Assembly (NCBI RefSeq): GCF_902713615.1
Contig: NC_052151.1
Span: 83,813,073-83,877,072, forward strand
Source of the DNA: Scyliorhinus canicula
Lineage: Eukaryota
Reading direction: 5' to 3'
Length of the DNA stretch: 64,000 nucleotides
Under the pieces are notes generated by a model. It did no database searches. It was given only the letters and a program-made list of their open reading frames with translations, and was not told the origin of the DNA. The position numbers and the translations under genes are program-made. Shown piece after piece: positions 26,432 to 38,454 of the stretch (its first letter is position 1; each line of letters begins with the position of its first letter).

Positions 26432-26975
26432 TGTGAATGTGTCTCTAATTCACTTGTCTCTCAGTCCGGAAGAAACGGTCTCGAACACGTTCGTACTTTA
26501 GAATATTCTTTATTGGGCCGCCCTCTAGGTATTCCAAAGAAACACCTCTGAGTGTGTCCAGGTTTTGCCCAAAGCATCCTATCTTTATATATTTTTTTAA
26601 GGGGCTGTCCCTTACATTCACTTGAGCTTGCCTCCAGTACAGATTACAGCTTGTTTTTACCAAATGTTTAGTACATGATTAATTTGTTATTGTCATATTT
26701 TCAATACATAATTTTACAGACATTGAGGTTATCTATTGGCACATGGGCATATAGCAATTTTAGCAAAACACCAGGTGTCCAGCCATGATTTATCAATGTC
26801 TCTTACATTTCATATTCCGTCATCCAGCCATCTTCCTTGTTTCTCAAGGCTATTTGGCTTACAGTCATGAATCGGCTCACAAATTCAATAATAACTCCCT
26901 CCTTAGTCACTTTCCACTAATGTGTCCCATTAATTCTGGATGGTTCTAGCTATTAACCCTTGCTTCACATTCTCA
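26432..26975 (-). mobile_element. Solo LTR (Gypsy-like) inserted in CR1
   Basis: TG...CA ends with a 10-bp imperfect inverted repeat (TGTGAATGTG / CACATTCTCA), 4-bp TSD GTAC (26428-26431, 26976-26979), TATA-like motif and AATAAA on the - strand. Confidence 0.75.
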
Positions 26976-27104
26976 GTACTGTCACCCTTTTTGATTTTTG
27001 ACTATGGCTTCTCTGCCTTACACTTTCCCCCTTACTGCCTTTTGTTTCTATCCCTGTTTTACTACCTTCCAACTTCCTGCATCGGTTCCCATCCCCCTGC
27101 CACA

Positions 27105-27466
27105 TTAGTTTAAACCCTCCCCAACAGCTCCAGCAAACGCACCCCCTAGGACATCGGTTCCAGTCCTGCCCAGGTGCAGACCGTCTGATTTGTACTGGTC
27201 CCACCTCCCCCAGATCTGGTTCCAATGCCCCAGGAATTTGAATCCCTCCCTCTTGCACCATCTCTCGAGCCACGCATTCATCCTATCTATCCTGACATTC
27301 CTACTCTGACTAGCTCGTGGCACTGGTAGCAATCCTGAGATAACTACCTTTGAGGTCCTACTTTTTAGTTTAACTCCTAACTCCCTGAATTCAGCTTGTA
27401 GGACCTCGTCCCGTTTTTTACCTATATCGTTGGTGCCTATGTGCACCACGACAGCTGGCTTTTCGC

Positions 27467-27497
<31 letters not shown>

Positions 27498-27786
27498 GAA
27501 TGTCCTGCAGCCACTCCGAGACATCCTTGACCCTTGCACCAGAGAGGCAACATACCATCCTGGAGTCTCGATTGCGTCCGCAGCACCACCTGTCTATTCC
27601 CCTTACAATTGAGTCCCCTATCACTATAGCCCTGCCATTCTTATTCCTGCCCTGCTGCGCAGCAGAGCTAGCCACGGTGCCATGAACCTGGCTGCTGCTG
27701 CCTTCCCCTGGTGAGACATCTCCCTCAACAGTATCCAAAGCGGTACATCTGTTTTGTAGGGAGATGACCGCAGGGGACACCTGCAC
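27105..27786 (-). pseudogene. CR1 ORF1 SGNH/GDSL esterase-like domain (frameshifted at a poly-G run)
   Basis: GDS, GTND and DGLHL blocks are spread over two frames joined at the G run near 27470-27497. Confidence 0.82.
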
Positions 27787-27804
27787 TGCCTTCCTACTCT
27801 TGCC

Positions 27805-27906
27805 CCCCGGACAGGTGCCGGAATGTGGTGACTAGGGGCTCTTCACAGTAACTTCATTGATGCCGACTCGTGACAGTATGCAATTTTCATTTCATTTCAT
27901 TTCATT
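27805..27906 (+). mobile_element. SINE type-B tail fragment with (TTTCA)n end
   Basis: CCGGACAGGTGCCGGAATGTGGTGACTAGGGGC..CACAGTAACTTCATTG, the same tail as 32998-33188. Confidence 0.7.
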
Positions 27907-28049
27907 TTTCTGTCTTTTGGATGATGAGTGTCTTTAGTGATGAGTTTCGGTGGGTCTCTGAATTATAGGATTGTCCCTTTCTTCACATTCCCTCGAGGGT
28001 GATTTGTTTGTTTTTAACCTTGGAATGTGGACTTTCATTTTTAAGTACT

Positions 28050-28256
28050 TTGTTACCTGTAAAATTCTGACAGGACTCGACAGGGTGGTCGCAAGAAGTA
28101 TGTTCCCGGAGTTGGGGATGTCCAGAACCAGACTGAAGATACGGGTAGACCATTTAGGACAGAGATGAGGAGAAATTTCTTCACTGAGAGAGTGGTGATC
28201 CTGTGGAATTCATTACCACAGAAAGTAGTTGAATCCAAAACATTGTATGTTTTCAT
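28050..28256 (+). mobile_element. CR1 3' fragment
   Basis: KILTGLDRV...MRRNFFTERVVILWNSLPQKVVE, the CR1 ORF2 terminus. Confidence 0.75.
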
Positions 28257-29670
28257 GCAGTCAGAATCAAGGTTTATTGATGGCAGGCTGGATAGCCCTG
28301 ATGTCTCTGTGGGGCTGGGTGGACCTTCGAAAAGCAGCAGGCGTGGAAGATCTGCACATTGCAGGTTAGTGGCCTCGTTTGCCACACTGCAGGCAGTGTC
28401 AGGACTTCGTAGGACATTGCCGCTTTAAGTGGACGGAGCCGCAGTTGCCGCACGTCGGAGCGTCAGGACGTTCATCGCGCCACCGCGCATGCGCGGGGCG
28501 ATCCAGCGTAGCGCGCACCTGCGCGAAGCGGTCCGTGACGTCAGCGCACTCGCTGCGTGTGGGCGCGGGACTCCGCGAAAAACATGCGAAATGGCCGCCT
28601 TCATTCAGGTCCAGAGCCTGAAGAGATTTTATCATCTCGACCCGTTATGCCTCGTAGGAGGCTTGCCGCGCCGTTTCAGCAGCCTGGATGCATGAGTAGC
28701 GCGTGGAGGCATGCTCATGAAGCACACAGGTCTCAATGGCCATGGAGAGTGTGAGCTGCTTTACTTTTAGTAGCTGCTGACGCAGGGGCTCAGATTGAAC
28801 ACCAAAAACAATCTGGTCACGGAGCATGGAGTCAGAGGTGGACCCGTAGTTGCAGGACTGCGCAAGGACGTGGAGGTGGGTGATAAAGGACTGGAAAGGC
28901 TCGTCCTTACCCTGAGTTCATTGCTGAAACATGTATCTCTCGAAGCTCTCATTGACCTCGACCGCGCAGTGGCTGTCGAACTTCAGTATTATGGTCTTGA
29001 ACTTCGATTTGTCCTCCCCCTCATTGAAGGCGAGCACGTTGTAAATGTGCAGAGCAGGGTCACCGGCTGTGAAGAGGAAGAGAGCAATCTTCCGTGCGTG
29101 CGAGGCAGCTTCCAGGTCCCTGGATTCGAGGTACAGCTGGAAGCGCTGTTTGAAAAGTTTCCAGTTCGAGCCCAGATTCCCTGCAATGCGGAGAGGCAGC
29201 AGCGGGCGAACGGAGTCCACTCTGTAGGATGGCTGGAGACTGGTGGAAGGCAGATCACTGAAGGGTAGGTCTCAGAAGTGCGAGCATTCCTCAACTCCTG
29301 GTATCATGATGTGTTGGCTTGAGAGATGAACAGACACTTCCAATACAGATGAAGGTTCAAATCAATTTTATTAACTACTTCTAACTAACTAACATACGAT
29401 GACTGTGGGTCTAAATAATGCTAACTTGAACTAGAGACCTAAGCCTGGTCCGAACCAGTTGATTCTCTCAGCACGTGTTGTGAGTCCGTGCTGGGCTGAA
29501 TAAGTCTCAGAGGCAGCACCCAGAATGAGCGGGAACCGTGGTGCCCTCTGCCTTTATAGTGTGTGCATTCTAACTGGTGATTGGCTGCGGTGTTTGTACA
29601 TGTTGATTGGTGCCTGTGTGTGTCCATCAGTGTGTGTCTGCACCATGATACACTAGTGTATATTATGACA
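28257..29670 (-). mobile_element. Gypsy LTR retrotransposon 5' portion (LTR 29307-29670, PBS, broken gag)
   Basis: LTR TGTCATAAT...AACACATCA followed by PBS-like TGATACCAGG; gag GNLGSNWKLFKQRFQLY..KIALFL, MLRDQIVFGV, zinc knuckles CGNCGSVH..C and CLQCGK.GH. Confidence 0.88.
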
Positions 29671-30319
29671 AGTTGAAAGTTGAAAAATTGTGTTTTTGAA
29701 AGTAATGGGGCTTAGCCTCACGACAAAGGTCACAGTAAGAGAAAGGAGTTTCACATCTACAAATACTAAAACCGGCCTGATTAATTAACATTTCATGTGA
29801 ATATCAGATTCCAGTCAGAGGGGTTCATTCACTCACGAGGTAATCCAGGTGAGTTCAGGTAGCTGAAGACAGAATGATGCAGAGTTTTCTTCAAATTAGC
29901 AAATGTGCAGCAAGTTAATAAAGATATCTTATAATACTTCTAGCCAGAAGACCAGTTTGCTTTGCCAGGCGAATTTGAATCTTTCGGGAACAGGTATCAA
30001 GGGGGCCTTAAACTTTATTCCTGTGGCTTAGTAAAAAAGGAAGCTGTTAATAGCCACGTTTCTGCAGTGATGTTCGTCTTCATTCTGCAATGCAAGCAAG
30101 CAGGACTTTAAAGTTAAAAAGCTTTCAGAAGTGAAGGAATTTTGGTCATGTGATGACTGACCTTGGATATATAATGGGAAGCAATCAATAGTCTCTTCAT
30201 GAGAACAAAGTAGTTTCTACCTCCCACGGTCAAAACCGTTGATATACAATGGAGGTAGATAATCAATTTCAGTAGCTCCCCTTTGTTACCTGGCCATTCT
30301 GAAGACACGGTGCTATTCA

Positions 30320-30740
30320 CCAAAATGGAGTGTTCGCGCCGTCGCGTTTCATGACGGCGTGAAACGAGCATGGTCACTACCGATTCTGGGGGCCAGCATG
30401 GCGCTTGAGCGGTTCCGCTTCAGCCTCCCTTCCTGGCGCCAAATGGGCGCCACACCAACCCACGCATGCGCAGTTGGGCCGCGACAATCCACAAATGCAC
30501 GGGGGACTTCCTCAGCGCGCCGGCCCCGACGCAACATGGCGTGGGGGTTCAGAGGCTGTCCGCGTAATAAAATATGGCCTGGACTGGAGAGGCCAGCCCA
30601 CTGATCGGTGGGTCCCGATCGCGGGCCAGACCCCATCGGAGCTTCCCCTCCCCACCCTGTGAAGGAGTGCGTTTCCCCACCCCACAGGCTGCCCCCCGAC
30701 CCTACACGCAGAGTTCCCGCCGACTGCGAGCAGGTGTGAA
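30320..30740. mobile_element. Internal fragment of a GC-rich MITE
   Basis: Shares GCATGCGC and GATCGGTGGG..CCGATCGCGGGCCAG motifs with the complete MITEs. Confidence 0.6.
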
Positions 30741-31048
30741 TTACTTTCTTGTTCTTGCTGTTTTGGGGTGGGTCCCGATAATGGCAGATGTGGCCTTCTA
30801 CAAGACTATGGTCACTGTACTCCACTTTTAGAAGCTTCCAGAAACGTGTCCAACTTGCAGTTCGAAAAGTCAGGTGATCTGTGGCAGCCATTTTAAAGTC
30901 CACCAAAGTCCATTTTTAAAAGAAAGTACTTTTCTTTTTTTGCAATTTGTATTATATGGCACATCTGTTTGACATGACATCTGACTGAACACAGGTCGGC
31001 TGGTAGGATTAGAAAATTCACTAGCTCATAGTTATACGAATAAACAAT

Positions 31049-32940
31049 GGGCGGAATTCTCCCACAAAATGACTACGTGTCATTTTGGGCAAGGAAATTG
31101 GTGCTAGTTGTGCCAGAACAGCCAGAGCGATTCCCATTGTGCTCTTCTTGCACTTTTTTGGAGGAGGGTGTGATTTGCACAAGAACTGACAGGGGCAGGG
31201 CTTAAATAAATACGCTGGAAAAGTCCGGCTTCACAGAAAATGGGGCACAATTTAAAAAAAAACTCCCAATCTCAAAGTGACAGTAAATCTCCCGTGCCAA
31301 CAACCCCAGCATTCAGTGCCCCCACCCCCCTCCCCTGTTTCCCAACCCTCCCTCCCCTCCCACTTCAAGGATTGCTGGCATTAGGTCCCTCTCAATGCCC
31401 TTCTTCTCAGCATCAGGCCCCTCACTTCCTCCTTCAATTGCCGGTACTGGCTTACCCCCTGCTGGTGAGCGACCCCCTACTAGGGGATTGCCCAATGCCC
31501 CCCCCTTTCATGTCTACCCCTTCAGGCTCCACCCCTCATGCCCCCCTTTCAGGGTCCACCCTTCATGCCTAACTCCTTTTGGGCCCCGCCATTCACGTTC
31601 CCCTTTTCAGGCCCTGCCTTGTCCCTGACCACCAAGGGGCTCAAATGTCCTCGAGTCCCCTGGCGGGTTCTCACAGTCATCACATCCTGATCAGGATTCG
31701 CCGGCCACTGAATTCTCTTTTCCTGCTGGTAGTGTAGCCCCCCCCCTCCCGCCCCGGCCACGGGTATCCCTGTGGTTTGGGGTAGTTTCAATGGGAAATT
31801 GCATTGACAAGCGGCAGGAGTAGGTAATCCCGCCACCAGCGAATGGCTCGTTGCTAAGAAACACACGGCTAGTGGACTGGAAAATCTCTGGCGGTGGAGA
31901 CCAGTAACGATTCTACTGGCTTCATGCTGCGCCAATGGCGGTAGGGGGAGGGGGTGGGGGAGAGGAGAGAATGCCCTTAACCGGGGGAAATCTGGGGCGG
32001 AATTCTCCGACCCCCCGCAGGGTCGGGGAATCGCCCGGGGCCTTGGTAAATCCTGCCCCCGCCATGTCTGGAATTCTCTGCCACCCGGGAATCGGCAGGG
32101 GCGGGAATCGCGCCCCGCCGGTCGGCGGGCCCCCCGCTGCGATTCTCCGGCCTGCGATGGGCCAAAGTCCCGCCGCTGTCAGGCCTCTTCCGCCGACGTG
32201 GTTTAAACCACCTCTGGTGCCGGCGGGGGCAGGCGGCGCTAGCGGGCCTCGGGGTCCTGGGGGGTGGGGGCGGGGGGGGGGCACGGGGCGATCGGACCCC
32301 GAGCGGTGCCCCAACGGTGGCCTGGCCCGCGATCGGGGCCCACCGACCGGCGGGCTGCCTGTGCCGTGGGGGCACTCTTTTTCTTCCGCCGCCGCCATGG
32401 CCTCCACCATGGTGGAGGAGGAAACAGACCCTCTCCACCGTGCATGCGCCGGGGTGACGTCAGCGGCCGCTGGCGCTCCGGCGCATGCATGGACTCACAC
32501 CGAACGGCGAAGGACTTTCGGCCAGCCCCAACGCCGGTCGGCGTGGAGCCAAAGGCCATTCACGCCGGTCGGCGAAGCGGGAGCCACTCCGGCGCAGGCC
32601 TAGCCCCTAAAGGTGCGGAGAATTCCGCACCTTTGGGGAGGCCCGACACTGGAGTGGTTGGCGCCACTCCGCTACGCTCTGACCCCCCGCCCCGCCGGGT
32701 AGGGGAGAATACCGCCCCTGGTTTCAAACTGTCCCGGCATATTTAAATTGTGATTTAAATATTCTCATCTAGTGAACACCCATGGAGCGCCTGATCCAGG
32801 TTTTGTCAGCTGCAGTGACACCGAGAGCCCCGCACACCCGCCTGGTCACCCGGTGCAAACCCAGTTTAGGAATTCTCCAGTTATTCGTCTTTCATAGCGG
32901 GATTTGTGCCGGGCCCAATGCAACCGGTTAATTGCCCATG
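31049..32940. mobile_element. Older MITE(s) hosting nested MITE insertions
   Basis: Begins GGGCGGAATTCTCCC; contains a short MITE (about 31700-31890) and the intact MITE at 31995-32717. Confidence 0.5.
31995..32717. mobile_element. PIF/Harbinger-like MITE
   Basis: TIRs GGGCGGAATTCTCC / GGAGAATACCGCCC; 3-bp TSD CTG; no transposase. Confidence 0.85.
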
Positions 32941-32997
32941 TTTTTTGAGTCTGTTTGATTAATCAATTGCACAAGGAAATATGTAAAAATGGGGTTG

Positions 32998-33188
32998 AAA
33001 TGAAATGAAAAAAAATTAAAATCGCTTATTGTCACGAGTAGGCTTCAATGAAGTTACTGTGAAAAGTCCCTAGTCGCCACATTCCGGCGCCTGTCCGGGG
33101 AGGCTGGTACGGGAATCGAACCGTGCTGCTGGCCTGCTTGGTCTGCTTTAAAAGCCAGCGATTTAGCTGAGTGAGCTAAACCAGCCCC
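32998..33188 (-). mobile_element. Second tRNA-derived SINE family (no V core) with type-B tail
   Basis: Reverse complement GGGGCTGGTTTAGCTCA..GGTTCGATTCCC joined directly to the GGCGCCGGAATGTGGCGACTAG tail and (TTTCA)n. Confidence 0.8.
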
Positions 33189-33764
33189 TGTTTGTCGCCC
33201 TGTTATTCAGAAAAGGCTCAAAATTCACTCAGCTGCTAGAATTTCCATGGAGCACCAGAACTCTCTGTTTTCAGACTCGGTTCCCATGTGGTAGGAGTTG
33301 TACCTGTCCCTCAGATCAACACCAACTCTGGCCCATTTATATACCAGATATGCAATGGGAATTCATCTTCATGGCAAAAAGGTACATCCAGATGCTGGAA
33401 TCAACACATGATGGTATCAAAGCTCCCATTGTAAGCTTTGATCTTGGGCTGTGACCTACAGCAGACAAGTGTTGACCCTTATCTGGGAGTGGGAGTGAGC
33501 TTGCAACAAGACATGAGGAAATTAAATCCTTTGCCAACACTTTTCAGAGTCTAAGCACCAACTTGGCGGACCTAGGATACTTTATCGCCTTCTGATCTCT
33601 TCAGTGGGTGGAAAAATAACACTGACATATGACAATGCTTTTGTGACATTTTCAAATCCCGCAGATAATTTTAGACAAATCTAAAAGTTTGACATTTAAA
33701 TATGGCATATTATGTCTCTAACTATGCGATATATATTAACCCTGTGGTGCTTTAATAATTACCC

Positions 33765-33982
33765 ACGGTGGCACAGTGGGTTAGCCGTGCTGCCTTACGG
33801 CGCCGAGGTCCCAGGTTCGATCCTGGCTCTGGGTCACTGTCCGTGTGGAGTTTGCACATTCTCCCCGTGTTTGTGTGGGTTTCGCCCCCACAACCCAAAG
33901 ATGCGCAGGGTAGGTGGATTGGTCACCCTAAATTGCCTTTTAATTGGAAAAAATGAATTGGGTACTCTAAATTTATTTAAAA
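33765..33982 (+). mobile_element. V-SINE with type-C tail
   Basis: 12-bp TSD TAATAATTACCC (33753-33764, 33983-33994). Confidence 0.88.
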
Positions 33983-34734
33983 TAATAATTACCCTCAAAT
34001 CATCTTTTAAATTTTAAGTCAAACATAATTGCAATTTTTCATTGTTTTATCTGTGATTTTAGCTTTCATTAACAATGAAGGACCTGTACTGTTTATTAGA
34101 GATTATGCTAACATACAGGGACACCGTAAACAGTAAACGCATGCAAGTGAAACCGGAAATTGTGATGTGGTTACACTGACTCAACTGAACTAGTTGGTGT
34201 TACTAAATGTCATTGCTCCTAAAAGAAAAATCAGTGGGCAGACTTCTGAAGTCACCATTTGGATATTTGTAGGTCATGTCTTCACTTGTCATATCCCTAA
34301 ATCACTGGTGTGACTTGAAAAACTGCTTCCTTCCCTTCTACTGTTAGTTTGAGCAGTCCACTCTTGAGTTCAGTGGGTGATTTTGCTGTTTGTCTTATGA
34401 CTTTGTAATTTACTTTAGCAGATGGTCAGTATGCCTGAAAGAGCTTATTGTCTTCAGCTTAGCAATGACATGTATATTTAGAAATCTTAGTATTGTTGTG
34501 TATTAATATCTTATCTTATTTGTGTATTTAGTATCTTAGTATTAATTATGGTTTGTAAGCTCAAACAGGATTTGTTTTGTGTGCCTTTTGGGTTGAACTT
34601 TTATTCATATTTTGATATTGCAAGAAAAATGGGACCTGATGGTTACAGCACCGCCCCTCCAAAAAGTAACCATTCACTGTCTGGTGGGTATAGTGTTTAT
34701 TTTATTAGAGAGATTCTTTAAAAATAAATTTCTT

Positions 34735-34930
34735 AGTATATTTATATGGTGCCTTTCATGACCTCAGCACACCCCAAAGCTCTTTACAATCTATCAAGTA
34801 CTTCTGAAGCTTAAAATGTGGAAAACACGATAGACAGTTTGCATTTGACAAGGTTCCACAAACAACAAGAACTAATGTCCAGGTCATCTGTTTTTCATGT
34901 TGGTTGAGGGAATACATATTGCCCAAGACT
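34735..34930 (-). mobile_element. Ancient Deu-domain SINE remnant (SacSINE1/AmnSINE1-like)
   Basis: Reverse complement resembles CCCTCAACCAACA..AAACAGAT..GTTTGTGG..AAGTACTT..GTAAAGAGCTTTGGG..TGAAAGGCACCATATAAAT. Confidence 0.6.
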
Positions 34931-35039
34931 CAAGTCGCTTGGTACACACTTTCCAAACTCCCAGATGTCTCACCTGTCAGTGATAGATTTGGAGCGAACA
35001 AGCTTTACTTCACAATCATATTTTGATGTTTAAAACTTT

Positions 35040-35545
35040 GTTCACGGGATGAATACCTATCTCATTCCTAATTGCCCTTGATAAGATGGTGGTGCCTTAT
35101 TGAATGGCTGCAGTTCATGTTGTCTAGGTGCACCCACAGTGCTGTTAGGAAGGGAATTACAGGACTTTGACCCTGCGTCACTGAAGTAACATGATAATTT
35201 TCCAATCAGGATGGGATATGGTTTGGAGAGTACCTTGCAGGTGGTGGTGTTCCCTTATGTCTGGTGCCTTCATCTTTTGGGTGTAGAGGTCTGGGGTTCG
35301 GAAGGTGCTGTCGAAGGAGCTTTGGTGAGTTTCTGTAGTTCATCTTGTAGACTGTACACACTTCTGTCATTGTGTGTCGATATTGGAGAGTAAATGTGAA
35401 GGTGGTGGCTGGAGTGACAATCAAGTGGGCTGCTTTGTCCTGCATAGTGCTGAGCTGATTTGAGTTTTGTTGGGGCTCCATTCATCCAGGTAAATGGAGA
35501 ATATTCCATCACACTCCTGACTTGTGGCTTGTAGATAGCTGGTCA
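35040..35545 (-). mobile_element. Old CR1/L2-group LINE 3' fragment
   Basis: MEYSPFTWMNGAPTKL / MQDKAAHLI; homologous to 5400-6200. Confidence 0.7.
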
Positions 35546-35574
35546 ACATGCTTTGGATAATTAGGAGGTGTTTG

Positions 35575-37110
35575 TCATGCCTCCAGCCCCCCCCCCCCCT
35601 TCCCTTTCTCCTGACTGCTGACGTTCAATTTTTGTTGAAGAAATCGTTCAACGGCCCCCAACTCCGGGTGAATCCCTGTATTGATCCTCTCAGAGCGAAC
35701 TTGATTTTCTCCAGACTGAGAAACCCTACCATATCGCTGACCCACACTCCTGATTTTGGGGGCTCCGAGTCCCTCCATCTCAGCAAGATCCATCTCCGAG
35801 GCCACCAGGGGGAAGCAGGCCAGGATACCGCCCCCCCCCCCCCCCCCCCCCCAACATCCTCAAATCCCTGCCAGAATTCCCTCAGTTTCGGACATGCCCA
35901 AAACATATGAACGTGGTTGGCCTGGCTACCCCGACACCGTCCACATCTGTCCTCCACCTCCTTGAAGAACCTACCCATCCAGGCTACCGTCATGTGGGCC
36001 CTGTGGACTACCTTGAACTGAATCAAGCTAAGTCTAGCACAGGACGAGGATGCATTTCCCCTTTTCAAGGCTTTTTCCCACAGGAGGGGAGTTTCCAGCT
36101 CCCCTCCTAGCTCCTCTTCCCACTTCCTATTCACCTCTCTGATAGGGGCCCCTTCCCACTCTAACAATTCCCTGTACATCTGCAAAACCTTCCCAGCTCT
36201 AACCCCTGTTTTTGTCAGCACTTAATCCTGTAGTCCCCGCAGGGGGAGGCGAGGAAAGCTTGGGACCTGCCTCCGTACAAAGTCCCGCACTTGAAGATAC
36301 CGAAACCCATTCTCACCCGGCAAATCAAACTCCTCCTCTAATGTCTCCAAGGTCGGAAAGCCCTCCTGGATGAATATATCCCCAAACCTCTCAATCTCTG
36401 TCCGCTGCCATACCTTAAAGCCCCCATCCAGCCCACCCGGGTCAAACCGGTGATTGTCACAGATCGGTGACCGCACTGACGCCACCCTCCAGTCTCATAT
36501 GCTGCCTTCGGCTGCCACCACCGCAGGACGTGTGGAGTACCGAGCCGGCGAGAACGGCAGGGGCGCCGTCAGCAAAGCCTCCAAACTCATACCTTTGCAG
36601 GATGCTGCCTCCATCTACTCCCAGACCGACCCCTCCCCCACTACCCACTTCCTGACCATCGATATGTTGGCAACCCAGTAATAGTTAATAAAACTCAGGA
36701 GAGCCAAGCCCCCTTCTCCGTGGGTCCGTTCCAGGAGTGCCCTCTTTACTCTCAGGGTTTTACCCGCCCACATAAACCTCAATATCGCCACATTCATGCT
36801 TCTGAAAAAAGCCTCTGGGACAAAAATTGGGAGACATTGAAAAAAGAAAAGCAGTCTCGGAAGGACCGTCATCTTCACCGTCTGAACCCTCCCCGCCAGC
36901 GTCAGTGGGAGCATGTCCCATCTACAAAAATCCCTTCTCATTTGATGCAATGCTTTGCCCAAATTTAACTTGTGAAGCTGCCCCCAATCCTTGTCCACTT
37001 GAATCCCCAGATATCAAAACACCTCCCAACACTTTAAAAGGTAGCTCCTTCAGTCTCCTTTCCTGCGCCCGTGCCTGGATCACGAACATCTCGCTCTTTC
37101 CCATATTTTG
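35575..37110 (-). mobile_element. L1/Tx1-clade LINE 3' fragment
   Basis: WDMLPLTLAGRVQTVKMTVLPRLLF, EGGLAL..YYWVAN, CGRC..ANHVHMFWACPKL; same family as 7667-11246. Confidence 0.87.
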
Positions 37111-37814
37111 TGGGAAACTGTAATTTGATTTGTTGTGCATGTTTTAAAAAAAATTCTGTCATGGGATGTGGGTGTCACTAGCAAGTCCAGTATTTGTTGC
37201 CCCATCCTTAATTACCCTGAATGGCTTTCTAGGTCATTTCTAAAGAATCCACCACATTGCTGTGGGTTTGGAGTCACACCTCGGGTCAGACAGGGTATTG
37301 GGGCTGAAGATGGCAGGTTTAGTGAACCAGGTGGGTTTTTGCTGAAACCATGATAGTTTTGTGGTCACGGTTACTGAGATTAGCTTTCAATTTTTTTTAT
37401 TAATTAAATTTAAATTCCGCTGGTCGCAATGGTGGGGATTTGAACTTGTGCCCCTTCAGCATTATTCTGGGTATCTGGATTACAAGTCCCCTGGCATTAT
37501 CATTATGCCATCACCCCCCCCCCCCCCAATCTTGTCCATGCCCCCCAAAAATCAGGAATTCAACTGATTGGACTGTAGAAGTGTACCAGCAATCGCACAC
37601 TAATATGGATGGAGACTGAAGGTGGTTCCCCAGCCATGTGTTTCTTGGCAGCGCGATGTTCACTGGTGCACTGGTGGTGCACTCTCTTCCCGCCACTTGT
37701 CAGTGGGATTTCCCACGGGCGTAGGTATGCTGTCGGCGGCAAAAGAGAATCCCAACGGCCGGAAAATTCCACCTGACTTACAGGAACATTTAGAGGAATA
37801 TTCACCTGAAACAC

Positions 37815-38454
37815 GGGCGGGATTCTCCGACCCCCCGCTGGGCCGGAGAATCGCTGTGGGGGGGGGGGGGGGGGGGGGCGTGAATCCTGCCCTGCCGCCA
37901 GCTGCCGAATTCTCCGGCACCGGTTTTTTGGCGGGTGTGGGAATCGTGCCGCGCTGGTCGGGGGCTGTTGGTAGTGGCCCCCCCGGCGATTCTCTGCTCC
38001 GCGAGCGGCCGCCCGTATTTGGTCAGTCCCGCCGGCGTAAATTACACAAGGTTCTTACCGGCGGGACCTGGCTCTGCGGGCGGCCTGCGGAGTCCTCGGG
38101 GGGGGGGGGATTTGGCCCGGCGGGGGGGGAGGGGCCCATAGTGGCCTGGCCTGCGATCGGGGCCCACCGATCTGCGGGCGGGCCTGTGCCATGGGGGCAC
38201 TCTTTTCCTCCGCGTCGGCCGCTGTAAAGTTCCGCCATGGCCGGCGCGGAGACGAAACCCCCTGCGCATGTGCAGGAATCACACCAGCGGTTATGGGGAC
38301 ATGTTGGTGATCCTGCGCATGCGCCAACCCGGAGGCCCTTCGGCGCCGGTTGGCGCGGCGCCAACCACTCCAGCGCCAGCCTAGCCCCCGGTCCTCCGCA
38401 CCTTCTGGGCCGCCAAACCCCGGAGTAGTTCACGGATTGCGGTGAATCCCGCCC
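37815..38454. mobile_element. PIF/Harbinger-like MITE
   Basis: TIRs GGGCGGGATTC / GAATCCCGCCC; TSD CAC. Confidence 0.85.

Larger units (their letters stand above)
22978..27920 (-). mobile_element. CR1 LINE (HER1-like): ORF1 esterase part plus near-complete, disrupted ORF2
   Basis: ORF1 SGNH motifs (IVIGDSIVRG, VHIGTNDIG, DGLHL); APE (LYLNICSI, AITETWL, GGGVAL, VYRPPN, MGDLN, SDHN); RT (LDFQKAFNKV, PQGSVLGPQLF, KFADDTK); 3' end GGCCTACTCCTGCTCCTA. Interrupted by SINEs and a solo LTR. Confidence 0.93.

Noticed and set aside
31922-32746. Stacked 150-220 aa Gly/Pro/Arg-rich ORFs on both strands (also at 37.6-38.4, 45.7-46.2, 50.4-51.0 and 55.3-55.7 kb)
   Set aside because: They lie inside GC-rich MITEs where stop codons are rare, and show no domain motifs.
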